This document shows positions 54,796 to 64,000 of a DNA stretch of 64,000 bases, piece by piece. Below the pieces are notes generated by a model. The model saw only the letters and a program-made list of their open reading frames with translations, searched no databases and was not told the origin of the DNA. Within the stretch, counting starts at the first letter, position 1, and every line of letters starts with the position of its first letter. Where the stretch lies: assembly GCA_965208575.1 (NCBI GenBank), contig CBDBOV010000005.1, positions 448,001 to 512,000 of the forward strand, read 5' to 3'. The translations under genes were made by a program, and so were the position numbers. The stretch is from Spirochaetia bacterium. GTDB taxonomy: Bacteria > Spirochaetota > Spirochaetia > SZUA-6 > Bin103.

Positions 54796-54888
54796 CGGCG
54801 TCAGCTCTCGATTTGATTGCTGTTGATTGTTCCGGCGGCTTTACCGGAACGGACGGTCGGCGCTACAATAGGATAAGCGAACGTACCC

Positions 54889-55167
54889 ATGACCGACGGC
54901 AACGGACACCGCGATCCAGCGACCCCGCAGGAGATCTGGAACGTCCATCAGGCCAAGACCAATTTCTCGCGATTGCTGGAGCGTGTCCGGCGCGGTGAAG
55001 AGATCGTGATCGCCAAGGCTGGCAAGCCCGTGGCCAAGCTCATTGCGTACCACGACGCCGGAGCGCCGAGACGCGGTGGCCAGTGGCACGGCCGCGTAAA
55101 GTTCGCCGCCGACTTCGACGAGTTGCCGGCCGAGCTGACGGACGCGTTCTCCGGCCGCCGCGATTGA
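54889..55167 (+). CDS. Phd/YefM antitoxin with a chimeric N-terminus
   Basis: NVHQAKTNFSRLL...IAKAGKPVAKL; first 17 aa identical to the 42910 ORF. Confidence 0.85.
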   Translation: MTDGNGHRDPATPQEIWNVHQAKTNFSRLLERVRRGEEIVIAKAGKPVAKLIAYHDAGAPRRGGQWHGRVKFAADFDELPAELTDAFSGRRD

Positions 55168-55180
55168 AATCGCGATTTCC

Positions 55181-55555
55181 ATGCTGTTGCTCGATACCCA
55201 CGTTCTGCTGTGGTGGCTGGATGATCCGGCGTCGCTGGAAGCACCGGCCCGCAGGCTCATCGCCGACCCGCGCAACCGTGTGTTCGTGAGCGCGGCGGTG
55301 GCATGGGAGATTACCATCAAGCGCCAGCTCGGCAAGCTGGAGGCGCCGGACGATCTCGAAGCCGCACTCGAACAGGAGCGCTTTCAGCACCTGCCGATCA
55401 CGGTCGGCCACGCGCTGGTGGTAGCCGAGTTGCCGGCGATTCATGGCGACCCCTTCGACCGTATCCAGATTGCACAAGCTCGTCTGGATGCGCTGACCAT
55501 CGTCACCCGCGACGAGACGATCCCCCGCTACGACGTGCCCTGCCTGCGCGCGTGA
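55181..55555 (+). CDS. vapC: VapC PIN toxin
   Basis: LLLDTHVLLWW, WEITIK, HGDPFDR. Confidence 0.92.
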   Translation: MLLLDTHVLLWWLDDPASLEAPARRLIADPRNRVFVSAAVAWEITIKRQLGKLEAPDDLEAALEQERFQHLPITVGHALVVAELPAIHGDPFDRIQIAQARLDALTIVTRDETIPRYDVPCLRA

Positions 55556-55711
55556 ACAAGGTGATGGCCCATGGCGAACCCGTTTCGTCCCGGCCCGGCC
55601 TACGTGCAGCGCCTTGCCAGCCGGGCGCCTCGCCGCTCTCGGTGCGACGCCGGGTTCCACCACGGGCTGCTGTGGTGCTACGATCAGCGAATACCACAGG
55701 AGGTATCGAAC

Positions 55712-57361
55712 TTGGTAACCCATGGAAGACTTGGGATGGCGGCTGTTGCCGCCGTGTTGGCACTCTCTTTGGCGGCGACGCACGCCTGGGCGGCGGGGGA
55801 AGCGGACTCCGCAGCGGCGGGCAGCACCGCCGAGTCGGGCTACACGCTGCCGATCGTGGAGCCGGGCAGCGTTACGCTGAGCTACGCCGGCTGGGAGCAT
55901 CCGGTCGGGTTCGGCGACGGCCCGGTCTGGCAGCAGATCCTGGAGGACACCGGCGTCGAGATCGACTGGCAGGTGGTGCCCAGCAACGAATACACCACCT
56001 TCATCAAGACCAGGATTGCCGCCGCGGCGGACCTGCCCGACATGCTGACCCTGGGCTGGAACTACGTGGTCGGCAGTCCGGTGGACCTGCACGCCCAGGG
56101 GGCGACCATCAAGCTGACCGAGCTGGTGAACCGCTATGCGCCCAACACCAAGCGGCTGCTGGAGGAATTCACCGAGATGCGGCCCGCCCTGGTGGCGCCG
56201 GACGGCGAGGTCTACGCCACCGCCGCGCGCACGGTGCCGCCGATCAGCAACTACAAGAACTGGTACATCCGCGAGGACTGGCTGGAGAAGCTGGGGCTGG
56301 ACAAGCCGGAGACCCTGGAGGAGTGGCTCACCGTGGCGAAGGCGTTCGCGACCCAGGATCCCAACGGCAACGGCGAGCAGGACGAGGTTGCGCTCAGCCC
56401 GCGGTCGCTGTGGCAGCTTGAGTGGTTCGGCTCGTCCGGTCTCGACCTGGACATCTACTACAGCTTCGGATTCTCGCTCGACAACGGCGTGCTCTCCTAC
56501 GACTACATCAGCCCCAAGTACCGCGACTATCTCGCGTTCCTGAACGAGCTGTACGAGGCCGGCGCCATGGCGCAGGAGGTCACCCAGTCGGGACAGATCC
56601 AGAATTCGCTGAACGCGGACGACCGCCTGGGCGGCTTCTGGACCGGCATCGGCGGGGTATTGTTCAGGAACCGCCTGCTGCGCGAGTCCGACATCGCCGG
56701 CACGTACACGTGGACACCCCTCCCCAAGAACCCGCAAGGAGTGTCCCGCTACGTGCACGAGCCGCTGGTCGGCGCCGCTACGGTGATCACCAGCCAGAGC
56801 AAGAACCCGGAGGTCGCCATCAAGTGGCTGGACTACGTGTGGGCGAGCCCGGAGGGCTACCTGTACGCCAACTACGGCCTCGAAGGCGAGCACTACAACA
56901 TCAACCCACAGAAGAGTTCCGCTTCGCCGTGGCTGAAGCACTTCGCCGGCCTGCCCGAGTACAGCGACGCCATCCGCAACAACCCGGAAGGCAAGTCGGT
57001 GCAGTCGGTGCTGGCGGACATCGGTTCGTTCAACCATCCGCTGTACGCCGATGACGACGAGTCGTTCGCGGCGCGCTTCTCGGAGGATCCGTTCTCGTAC
57101 GAGCTGACCCAGCTCGCCGCGCCGATCGCGGTGTCGCCGTTTCCGCGCTACCTCGGTTCGCCGGAACAGGATCGGCGCCTGCGCGCCCTGCGCGAGGAGA
57201 TCAACCCGACCCAGGAAGAGTGGACGTTCAAGTTCATTACCGGGCAGGAGTCGCTCGACCGGTTCGACGACTACGTCGCCACCATGAAGCGGGTCGGCGT
57301 CGACGAGCTGGTGGAAATCATCCAGCAGCAGCACGACGACTACACCGCGTCGCTCAGGTAG
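55712..57361 (+). CDS. Carbohydrate ABC solute-binding protein (LplA-like)
   Basis: AGGAGG RBS plus TTG, signal peptide, IREDWLEKLGL, DPNGNGEQDE. Confidence 0.88.
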   Translation: MVTHGRLGMAAVAAVLALSLAATHAWAAGEADSAAAGSTAESGYTLPIVEPGSVTLSYAGWEHPVGFGDGPVWQQILEDTGVEIDWQVVPSNEYTTFIKTRIAAAADLPDMLTLGWNYVVGSPVDLHAQGATIKLTELVNRYAPNTKRLLEEFTEMRPALVAPDGEVYATAARTVPPISNYKNWYIREDWLEKLGLDKPETLEEWLTVAKAFATQDPNGNGEQDEVALSPRSLWQLEWFGSSGLDLDIYYSFGFSLDNGVLSYDYISPKYRDYLAFLNELYEAGAMAQEVTQSGQIQNSLNADDRLGGFWTGIGGVLFRNRLLRESDIAGTYTWTPLPKNPQGVSRYVHEPLVGAATVITSQSKNPEVAIKWLDYVWASPEGYLYANYGLEGEHYNINPQKSSASPWLKHFAGLPEYSDAIRNNPEGKSVQSVLADIGSFNHPLYADDDESFAARFSEDPFSYELTQLAAPIAVSPFPRYLGSPEQDRRLRALREEINPTQEEWTFKFITGQESLDRFDDYVATMKRVGVDELVEIIQQQHDDYTASLR

Positions 57362-57418
57362 CCGCTCATCCGTTCTGATGACCGCCCCGGGGCCGCACCG
57401 CCGCCTCGGGGCGAATCC

Positions 57419-58378
57419 TTGGCCCAACCCGAGGTCGTGCCGTCGCCGGCGCAGGTGCGCGGATCCCCGCGCGTGAACCGATTGACCAAGGCGCTGTTCC
57501 AGGACCGCTACCTGTGGCTGCTGGCGGTGCCGGCGGTGGTGTACTACATCCTGTTCCACTACCTGCCGATGTACGGGCTGCTGATCGCGTTCAAGGACTT
57601 CAGCCCGTTTCTCGGCATTCTGCGCAGCCCGTGGGTCGGGTTCGTGTGGTTCGAGCAGTTCTTTACCTCGATCCACTTCGTGCGCACGGTGCGCAACACG
57701 CTGCTGCTCAATTTCTACGGCTTCTTCTTCAACTTCACGGTGCCGATCATCTTCGCGCTGCTGTTGAACGAGGTGCACAACAGCCTGTTTCGGCGCTGGG
57801 TACAGACCATCAGCTACATCCCGCACTTCGTCTCCATCGTGGTGGTGGTGGGGCTGATCAACGCCATGTTCAACACCGAGAACGGCCTGGTGAACACGGT
57901 GATGGGGCGGCTGGGGATGGAGCCGGTGCCGTTCCTGATCCTGCCGGGCTGGTTCCGGCCGCTGTACATCGGGTCCGACATCTGGCAGCACTTCGGCTGG
58001 CGCGCCATCATCTACCTGGCCGCGCTCACCGCCATCGACCAGGAGCAGTACGACGCCGCCTGGGTGGACGGCGCCAACCGCTGGCAGCAACTGCGCTTCA
58101 TCACGCTGCCGGGCATCGCGCCCACCATCATCATCCTGATGATCCTGTACGTCGGGCAGATGATGTCGGTGGGGTTCGAGAAGATCCTCTTGATGTACGG
58201 CCCCGGCACCTACGAGACCGCGGACGTGATCGCGACGTTCGTGTATCGGCGCGGCATCGCCGGCGGCGACTACAGCTTCGCCGCGGCGGCGGGACTGTTC
58301 AACTCGGTGATCAACCTGGGTCTGATCCTGTTCGTCAACCGGCTCAGCAGGCAGTTCACGGGGACCAGCCTGTGGTAG
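57419..58378 (+). CDS. Carbohydrate ABC permease (LplB-like)
   Basis: YLPMYG, YDAAWVDGANR, GFEK. Confidence 0.9.
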   Translation: MAQPEVVPSPAQVRGSPRVNRLTKALFQDRYLWLLAVPAVVYYILFHYLPMYGLLIAFKDFSPFLGILRSPWVGFVWFEQFFTSIHFVRTVRNTLLLNFYGFFFNFTVPIIFALLLNEVHNSLFRRWVQTISYIPHFVSIVVVVGLINAMFNTENGLVNTVMGRLGMEPVPFLILPGWFRPLYIGSDIWQHFGWRAIIYLAALTAIDQEQYDAAWVDGANRWQQLRFITLPGIAPTIIILMILYVGQMMSVGFEKILLMYGPGTYETADVIATFVYRRGIAGGDYSFAAAAGLFNSVINLGLILFVNRLSRQFTGTSLW

Positions 58379-58402
58379 GCGCGTGGCCGTGGTGAGCGCA
58401 TC

Positions 58403-59281
58403 ATGAACATCCGCTATCGCCGCAACCTGGCCGAGCGGCTCGCCGAGTACGCCATCGCGCTGGTGCTGGCGGTGGCCGCGCTGGTCACCATCTTCCCGAT
58501 CCTGTACGTGTTCAGCAACTCGATCAGCGGCAGCCGCGCGATCCTGGGCGGCACGGTGTGGCTGTGGCCCCAGGACATCACCTGGGTCGGCTACCAGACC
58601 GTGGTGAAGTCGACCGAGGTGTGGCGCGCCTACTACAACACGCTGTGGTACACCAGCGTCGGCACCGCGCTCAACGTCGCGATCACGATGATGGTCTCCT
58701 ATCCGCTGTCGCGGCGTGCGTTCAGCGGGCGCGGACTGCTGATGTTCTTCATCGCCTTCACCATGTGGTTCAGCGGCGGCATCATTCCCACCTTCATCAT
58801 CGTGCGCAACCTGGGGCTGTACGCGACCCGCTGGGCGATGGTGCTGCCGACCGCGGCCGCGGCGTGGAACATCATCATCACCCGCACCTACCTGCAGAGC
58901 AACATCGACGACTCGATCCCGGAGTCGGCCAAGATCGACGGCGCCAACGACCTGACCATCTTCTTCCGCATCGTGGTGCCGGTGTCGAGCACGATCATCG
59001 CCGTGAACGTGCTGTTCTACGCGGTCGGGCACTGGAACGCCTACTTCCCGGCCTTGATCTACCTGCCCGATCCCGACCTGCACCCGCTGCAGATGGTCCT
59101 GCGCAGGCTCCTGATCCTGCCGCCCGAGGAGGAAGAGCGGATGGCGTTCGAGGCGATCGCCGGCGTCACCCGCAACCGCTTCGTGGTGATCATGGTGGGC
59201 ACGCTGCCGATTCTGGCCGTGTACCCGTTCCTGCAGCGCTACTTCATCAAGGGCGTGATGATCGGCGCCCTCAAAGGCTGA
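58403..59281 (+). CDS. Carbohydrate ABC permease (LplC-like)
   Basis: FSGGIIP, ESAKIDGAN, YPFLQRYF. Confidence 0.9.
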   Translation: MNIRYRRNLAERLAEYAIALVLAVAALVTIFPILYVFSNSISGSRAILGGTVWLWPQDITWVGYQTVVKSTEVWRAYYNTLWYTSVGTALNVAITMMVSYPLSRRAFSGRGLLMFFIAFTMWFSGGIIPTFIIVRNLGLYATRWAMVLPTAAAAWNIIITRTYLQSNIDDSIPESAKIDGANDLTIFFRIVVPVSSTIIAVNVLFYAVGHWNAYFPALIYLPDPDLHPLQMVLRRLLILPPEEEERMAFEAIAGVTRNRFVVIMVGTLPILAVYPFLQRYFIKGVMIGALKG

Positions 59282-59358
59282 CCGGAGCGAACAAATCTGC
59301 CACCATCGGTTCATATTGCGGTATGGTCTGCGGCACAGCAGAGGACAGGAGGATTGTA

Positions 59359-60138
59359 ATGGCTGACAAGCAGGCGCCGGCGGGGCTGGCGGATCTGGAA
59401 CGGGACGGATTTGTGCTGGTGCGCGGCGCGCTCGACGGCGACACGGTGGCGGCGTGGAAGCACAAGCTGTACGACATGCACCGCCGCGGCCTGAACGAAA
59501 TCGACAACAGCGTCGGCAACGTGGCGTTCGAGAGCCTGCTGAAGCTGGAGCCGGAGCTGGCGCTCGGCGTGGTCGGCCACCCGAGCGTCGCCCCCTACCT
59601 CAAGGCGATGCTCGGCAAGCAGTGCCAGCTCCGCTCGCTACGCGCCCACATCAACCCGCGCGCCTACCGCCAGGAGTGGCACATGGACTTCGCCGACTAC
59701 CACTACCAGGAGCGCAACGCCGGGGCGGCGCGGCCGCTGCGCGCGCTGTGCATGAACACCACCTTCTACCTGACCGACAACACCCCGGAGCGGGGCCGGC
59801 TCACGTTTCTGAAGAACTACGTCGACCGCCTGCTGCCGGACGAGCTGCTGCCGTACATCCACTACACCGACGACCGCAGCAACCCGTTCCAGGCGTGGTG
59901 CGACGCGCAGCCGCAGGAGCACCTGTACCCGCTCGCCGGCGACGCCATCGTGTTCTTCGCCCACATTCCCCACCAGGGGGTCAAGTTCGGCGACGACCCG
60001 GAGGACGACATCCGCGCCAACCTGGTGCTGCACTTCCAGCAGAACCCGATGTATCCCGGCATCAAGTTCGTCAGCAGCCCCGACTTCACCCTGCAAACCC
60101 TCGGCTACGCCGCCACCTTCCCCTTCGCCGACCCGTAG
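59359..60138 (+). CDS. PhyH-family dioxygenase
   Basis: GGAGG RBS; LERDGFVL, WHMD, AGDAIVF..HIPH. Confidence 0.75.
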   Translation: MADKQAPAGLADLERDGFVLVRGALDGDTVAAWKHKLYDMHRRGLNEIDNSVGNVAFESLLKLEPELALGVVGHPSVAPYLKAMLGKQCQLRSLRAHINPRAYRQEWHMDFADYHYQERNAGAARPLRALCMNTTFYLTDNTPERGRLTFLKNYVDRLLPDELLPYIHYTDDRSNPFQAWCDAQPQEHLYPLAGDAIVFFAHIPHQGVKFGDDPEDDIRANLVLHFQQNPMYPGIKFVSSPDFTLQTLGYAATFPFADP

Positions 60139-60305
60139 CCCGCCGCAGCGTTCGGCACCTTGGCAACTACGAACCGTTGCAACCACAAAGCGTTGTGAGT
60201 ATTCAGGAGCAGCGATGCGAATCATGCGACGCGACCTAGCGTCTCAGCCGGCCGGCTCGATACACGGCCTTCGCTTTTCAACGCAGATTACGTATAGTTG
60301 GGATC

Positions 60306-60626
60306 GTGCTGTTCATTGAGACTTCGGAGTTCACCAAGCAATTGCCGGGTCATCTTGATGACGACAGCTACGCCGCGTTGCAGACGTTTCTCAGTGCGCA
60401 TCCGGATGCCGGGTCGATCATTCGTGGGTCAGGTGGTATCCGGAAGATACGCTGGAGGACCAGGGGCAGAGGTAAACGAAGTGGCATCCGGGTCATCTAC
60501 TACTGGCTCGTTGCCGACGACCATATCTATCTGCTCACTCTGTACGGCAAGGGAGTGAAGGACGACCTCTCGCCGGCCGAACGGGCCGCGTGGCGCAAGG
60601 TCGTCGAGGAGATCAAGCATGGCTGA
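60306..60626 (+). CDS. RelE/HigB-type toxin
   Basis: FIETSEF, GSGGIRKIRW, GKRSGIRVIYY. Confidence 0.9.
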   Translation: MLFIETSEFTKQLPGHLDDDSYAALQTFLSAHPDAGSIIRGSGGIRKIRWRTRGRGKRSGIRVIYYWLVADDHIYLLTLYGKGVKDDLSPAERAAWRKVVEEIKHG

Positions 60627-60933
60627 ACGGGATATCGCCGCGGAAGTCCTCAAAGGGCTACGCGAGGTTCAGGAGTACCGAGCGGACACGCGCACGTTGC
60701 GGACGACGCGCGTCGAGGCCGCGCCGCTGCCCGGACTCACGGCCGAACAGATCAGGGGGATTCGCCGGGAGATCGACGTATCAAGGGCGGTATTTGCCGG
60801 TCTGCTCCGCGTGCCGGTGCGTACCGTCGAGGGCTGGGAGCAGGGCAAGTCCAGCCCGCCGGCGGCCGCTGCGGCGCTCATACTGATGGCCCGCAAGTAC
60901 CCTGACACCTTCGATCGGTTGGCGTCACTGTGA
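60619..60933 (+). CDS. HTH (HigA-like) antitoxin
   Basis: IRGIRR...SRAVFA...RTVEGWEQG. Confidence 0.88.
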   Translation: MAERDIAAEVLKGLREVQEYRADTRTLRTTRVEAAPLPGLTAEQIRGIRREIDVSRAVFAGLLRVPVRTVEGWEQGKSSPPAAAAALILMARKYPDTFDRLASL

Positions 60934-60973
60934 GTCGCCTTCGCGCGAGCTGACCCACGGGCCAATATCGCGG

Positions 60974-62083
60974 TCAGGCCAAGGCGCTCCAGAAGGCGGT
61001 GATGAGGCGGTTTACTTCGGGGGCGCGTTCCATCTGCACCATGTGGCCGGTGTTGTCGAGGATGTGCACGTTGTCCTGGTTGGGCAGGGCGCGGGCGTGG
61101 CCGGCGGGGATGATGCGGTCGTCGGCGCCCCAGATCACCAGGGTGGGGACGGTGTCGAGCACCTGGCGCGCCTCCTCGGACAGTTCGGCGGGGTCGGAGA
61201 GCTGGTAGGCGAGCGCCTCCAGGCACTCCTGCACGCCGTCGAGCCGCTTGTACTTGAGCAGGTCGGCGACCAGCTGGCGGGTGACCAGCGACGGGTCGGC
61301 GAACAGCTCGCGCACGTGCGGCCTCAGCTCGCGGCGGTTGCGGGCGGCGGTGAACCCCTGCAGGTACTCGGTGTTGATCTCGGGGCCGAGGCCGGCGCTG
61401 GCGAGCAGGGTCAGCGAGCGCACCAGCTCGGGCCGCGACTGCGCCAGTAGCAGGGCGATCGCCCCGCCCATGGAGTGGCCGACCCAGTCGGCCTCGGTTA
61501 CGCCGAGCTTGTCCATCATGTTCTGTAGCACGTGCACCATGCACAGCAGGTTGCCATTGGCCACCTTCTTGGTGGTCAGGCCGTGGCCCGGCAGGTCGGG
61601 TGCAATCACGGTGCGGTCGCCGATCAGCGCCGGCTGATTGAACAGCCAGTTGCCCAGGTCGCCGCCGAAGCCGTGCAGCAGGACCGCGGTCCGGGCGGCG
61701 GACCCCTGCAGCAGGTAGTTGATGGAGAACTCGCCCACCTGGATCGTCTCGGTCTGGTCGCCGCCCTCCTCGGCGCCCGCTTCCTCGGGCACGAAGCTCT
61801 CCTGGAACTGCTGCACGAAGGCGTCGACCTCCGCGTCGGGCGTGTCGGCGCCGGCCACGACGCCGAGCAGGGCGCCCACCGGCAGCGTGTCGCCGGTCGC
61901 GGCCACGGTGCGGCGCAGGGTGCCGGCATCGGCCACCTCCACCGCGCCGGCGATCTTCTCCGTCTCCACCAGCACCACCTCGGCGCCCGACTCGACCGCG
62001 GCGCCCTCTGCCACCAGCCAGTCGCCCACCAGCCCCTCGGTCATGCTCAGCCCCCACTTGGGCATGGTGATCGCCTTAATCAT
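60974..62083 (-). CDS. acoC: Acetoin dehydrogenase E2 (lipoyl domain plus alpha/beta hydrolase)
   Basis: MPKWGLSMTEG, VETEKI, LHGFGGD, GHSMGG. Confidence 0.9.
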   Translation of the reverse strand: MIKAITMPKWGLSMTEGLVGDWLVAEGAAVESGAEVVLVETEKIAGAVEVADAGTLRRTVAATGDTLPVGALLGVVAGADTPDAEVDAFVQQFQESFVPEEAGAEEGGDQTETIQVGEFSINYLLQGSAARTAVLLHGFGGDLGNWLFNQPALIGDRTVIAPDLPGHGLTTKKVANGNLLCMVHVLQNMMDKLGVTEADWVGHSMGGAIALLLAQSRPELVRSLTLLASAGLGPEINTEYLQGFTAARNRRELRPHVRELFADPSLVTRQLVADLLKYKRLDGVQECLEALAYQLSDPAELSEEARQVLDTVPTLVIWGADDRIIPAGHARALPNQDNVHILDNTGHMVQMERAPEVNRLITAFWSALA

Positions 62084-63080
62084 CGAGGGTGTCCCGCACG
62101 CAGCCGGCGATCTTCTCGGGGCTCGGCACGAAGTGCTTCTCCAGTTCCGGCGAGAACGGCACCGGCGTGTGCGGCGCCGTGACCATGCCGACCGGCGCCT
62201 TCAGGTCGCCGAACCCGTCGCGCGCCACCAGGGCGGCGACGTCGGCGGCGACGCTGCAGCGCGGCGGGGCCTCGTCCACCACCACCAGGTGGCCGGTGTT
62301 CTCGACGCTCTCCAGTATGGTGTCGGTGTCGAGCGGGGACAGCGAGCGCAGGTCGATCACCTCGCACTCGATGCCGTCGCCGGCCAGCCCGTCCGCCGCC
62401 TCGAGCGCGCGCTGCACCATCATGCCGTAGGTGGCGATGGTGACGTCGTCGCCGTCGCGGCGGATCTCCGCCTCGCCGAACGGAATGGTGTACTGCTCCT
62501 CCGGCACGTCGCCGGTGGTCTCGTAGATCTTCTTGTGCTCGCAGAATATCACCGGGTCGTTGTCGCGGATCGCCTCGATCATCAGCCCCTTGGCGTCGTA
62601 CGGCGTGGACGGGCACACCACCTTGATGCCGGGCACGTGGGTGAAGATCGAGGTCAGCGTCTGCGAGTGCTGGGCGGCGGCGGACAGTCCGGCGCCGTAC
62701 ATGGTGCGGATCACCACCGGCGTCTCCGCCTTGCCGCCGAACATGTAGCGGAACTTGGCCGCCTGGTTGAAGATCTGGTCGAAGCACACGCCCAGGAAGT
62801 CGATGAACATCAGCTCCGCGACCGGGCGCAGGCCGCAGGTGGCCGCGCCGATGGCGGCGCCCACGAACGCCGCCTCCGACAGCGGCGTGTCGAGCAGGCG
62901 GTCGCCGTACTCGCGGTACAGGCCCTTGTAGATGCCCATGGCGCCGCCCCACGCTTCCTGTTCGCCGGGGCTGCCGGTGCCGCCGATGATATCCTCGCCC
63001 ATCAGGATCACGCTCGAATCGCGCTCCATCTCCTGGTGGAACGCCTGGTTGATTGCCAGGCGAATCGTCAACTGTGCCAT
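62076..63080 (-). CDS. acoB: Acetoin dehydrogenase E1 beta
   Basis: DTPLSE, YMFGG, AAQHSQ, DPVIFCEHK. Confidence 0.9.
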   Translation of the reverse strand: MAQLTIRLAINQAFHQEMERDSSVILMGEDIIGGTGSPGEQEAWGGAMGIYKGLYREYGDRLLDTPLSEAAFVGAAIGAATCGLRPVAELMFIDFLGVCFDQIFNQAAKFRYMFGGKAETPVVIRTMYGAGLSAAAQHSQTLTSIFTHVPGIKVVCPSTPYDAKGLMIEAIRDNDPVIFCEHKKIYETTGDVPEEQYTIPFGEAEIRRDGDDVTIATYGMMVQRALEAADGLAGDGIECEVIDLRSLSPLDTDTILESVENTGHLVVVDEAPPRCSVAADVAALVARDGFGDLKAPVGMVTAPHTPVPFSPELEKHFVPSPEKIAGCVRDTLDD

Positions 63081-63111
63081 CGTGTGTCTCCTCCTGCCTC
63101 GTCCGGCAGCC

Positions 63112-64000
63112 CTAATAGCTCACGTAAACGTCGGTGAGCAGGTCGTTCTCGGTGGGGTAGGGCGCCTGTTGCGCCTGCTCCACCGCCTCGTCGATCAACG
63201 CCGCGATCTCCCGGTCGATGCCATCGAGGTCCTCCTGCTGCAGCACGGCGGCCTCGGTCACCTGCTGCGCGAACCGGGCAAGGCAGTCGCGGCTGGCGCG
63301 GATCTCATCCACCTCGCCGGGCGCGCGGTAGGTCTGCGCGTCGCCTTCGAAGTGGCCGTAGAAGCGGATCATCTCGCACTCCAGGAGCGCCGGGCCGCCG
63401 CCCTTGCGGGCGCGGGCGATCATCTCTCCCGCCGCCTCGTGGACGGCGAAGAAGTCGGTGCCGTCCACGGTGACCCCCGGCATCCCGAACCCGGAGGCGC
63501 GGTCCACGTAGCTGTCCACCGCCACCGCGTAGTCGCGCGAGGTGGACTGGGCGTAGGCGTTGTTTTCCACCACGAAGATGGCCGGCAGGTCCCACACCGC
63601 GGCCAGGTTGAGGCTCTCCAGGAAGTTGCCGGCGTTGGAGGCGCCGTCGCCGATGAAGCTCACCGCCACGCCGCCGTCCTTCTTGTACTTGGAGGCCAGT
63701 GCGGCACCGCACACCAGTGGTGCGCCGGCGCCCAGGATGCCGTTGGCGCCCATCATGCCCATGTCCAGGTCGGCGATGTGCATGGAGCCGCCCTTGCCGC
63801 GGCAGGTGCCGGTGGCGCGTCCGTACAGCTCCGCGAACATGCCTCTGACATCGACGCCCTTGGCGATGCAGTGGCCGTGCCCGCGGTGCGTGCTGGCGAT
63901 GTGGTCGTTCGGCCCCAGGTGCATCATGACCCCGGTCGCCGCCGCTTCCTCGCCGGCGTACAGGTGCACGAAGCCGGGCAGGTCGCCGGTGGCGAACTCC
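63112..64000 (-). CDS. acoA: Acetoin dehydrogenase E1 alpha (5' end outside the window)
   Basis: PGFVHLYAGEEA, STHRGHGH, GDG...ENN, RFYGHFEGD. Confidence 0.9.
   Translation of the reverse strand, partial: EFATGDLPGFVHLYAGEEAAATGVMMHLGPNDHIASTHRGHGHCIAKGVDVRGMFAELYGRATGTCRGKGGSMHIADLDMGMMGANGILGAGAPLVCGAALASKYKKDGGVAVSFIGDGASNAGNFLESLNLAAVWDLPAIFVVENNAYAQSTSRDYAVAVDSYVDRASGFGMPGVTVDGTDFFAVHEAAGEMIARARKGGGPALLECEMIRFYGHFEGDAQTYRAPGEVDEIRASRDCLARFAQQVTEAAVLQQEDLDGIDREIAALIDEAVEQAQQAPYPTENDLLTDVYVSY

Noticed and set aside
60974-62083. Lipoyl plus alpha/beta-hydrolase fusion as a novel architecture
   Set aside because: This is the known AcoC architecture of acetoin dehydrogenase operons

Overview
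High-GC bacterial window. The YWTD repeat protein, several PhyH/TauD dioxygenases, expanded family-5 solute-binding proteins (SBPs) and many TA modules suggest a host-associated, possibly sponge-symbiont lineage; this is inference only. 1-6.1 kb is a lexA-imuA-imuB-dnaE2 SOS mutagenesis cassette with a tandem palindromic operator of unfamiliar sequence. 6-27 kb holds metabolic, transport and signalling genes plus a 12-repeat YWTD lipoprotein. The most striking region is about 27-55.5 kb: a tandem array of units built as [palindromic motif, promoter and long leader]-SBP-dppB-dppC-[cargo]. Two units on the + strand are intact, one diverged intact copy is inverted, and about five are internally deleted remnants. 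The permeases are nearly identical while the SBP cores diverge strongly. Each dppC end is followed by a different toxin-antitoxin, nuclease or defence cargo. The window ends with a sugar ABC cluster, a PhyH dioxygenase, a RelE/HTH pair and acoABC. No rRNA, tRNA, CRISPR array, reverse transcriptase, integrase or intact transposase was recognised.
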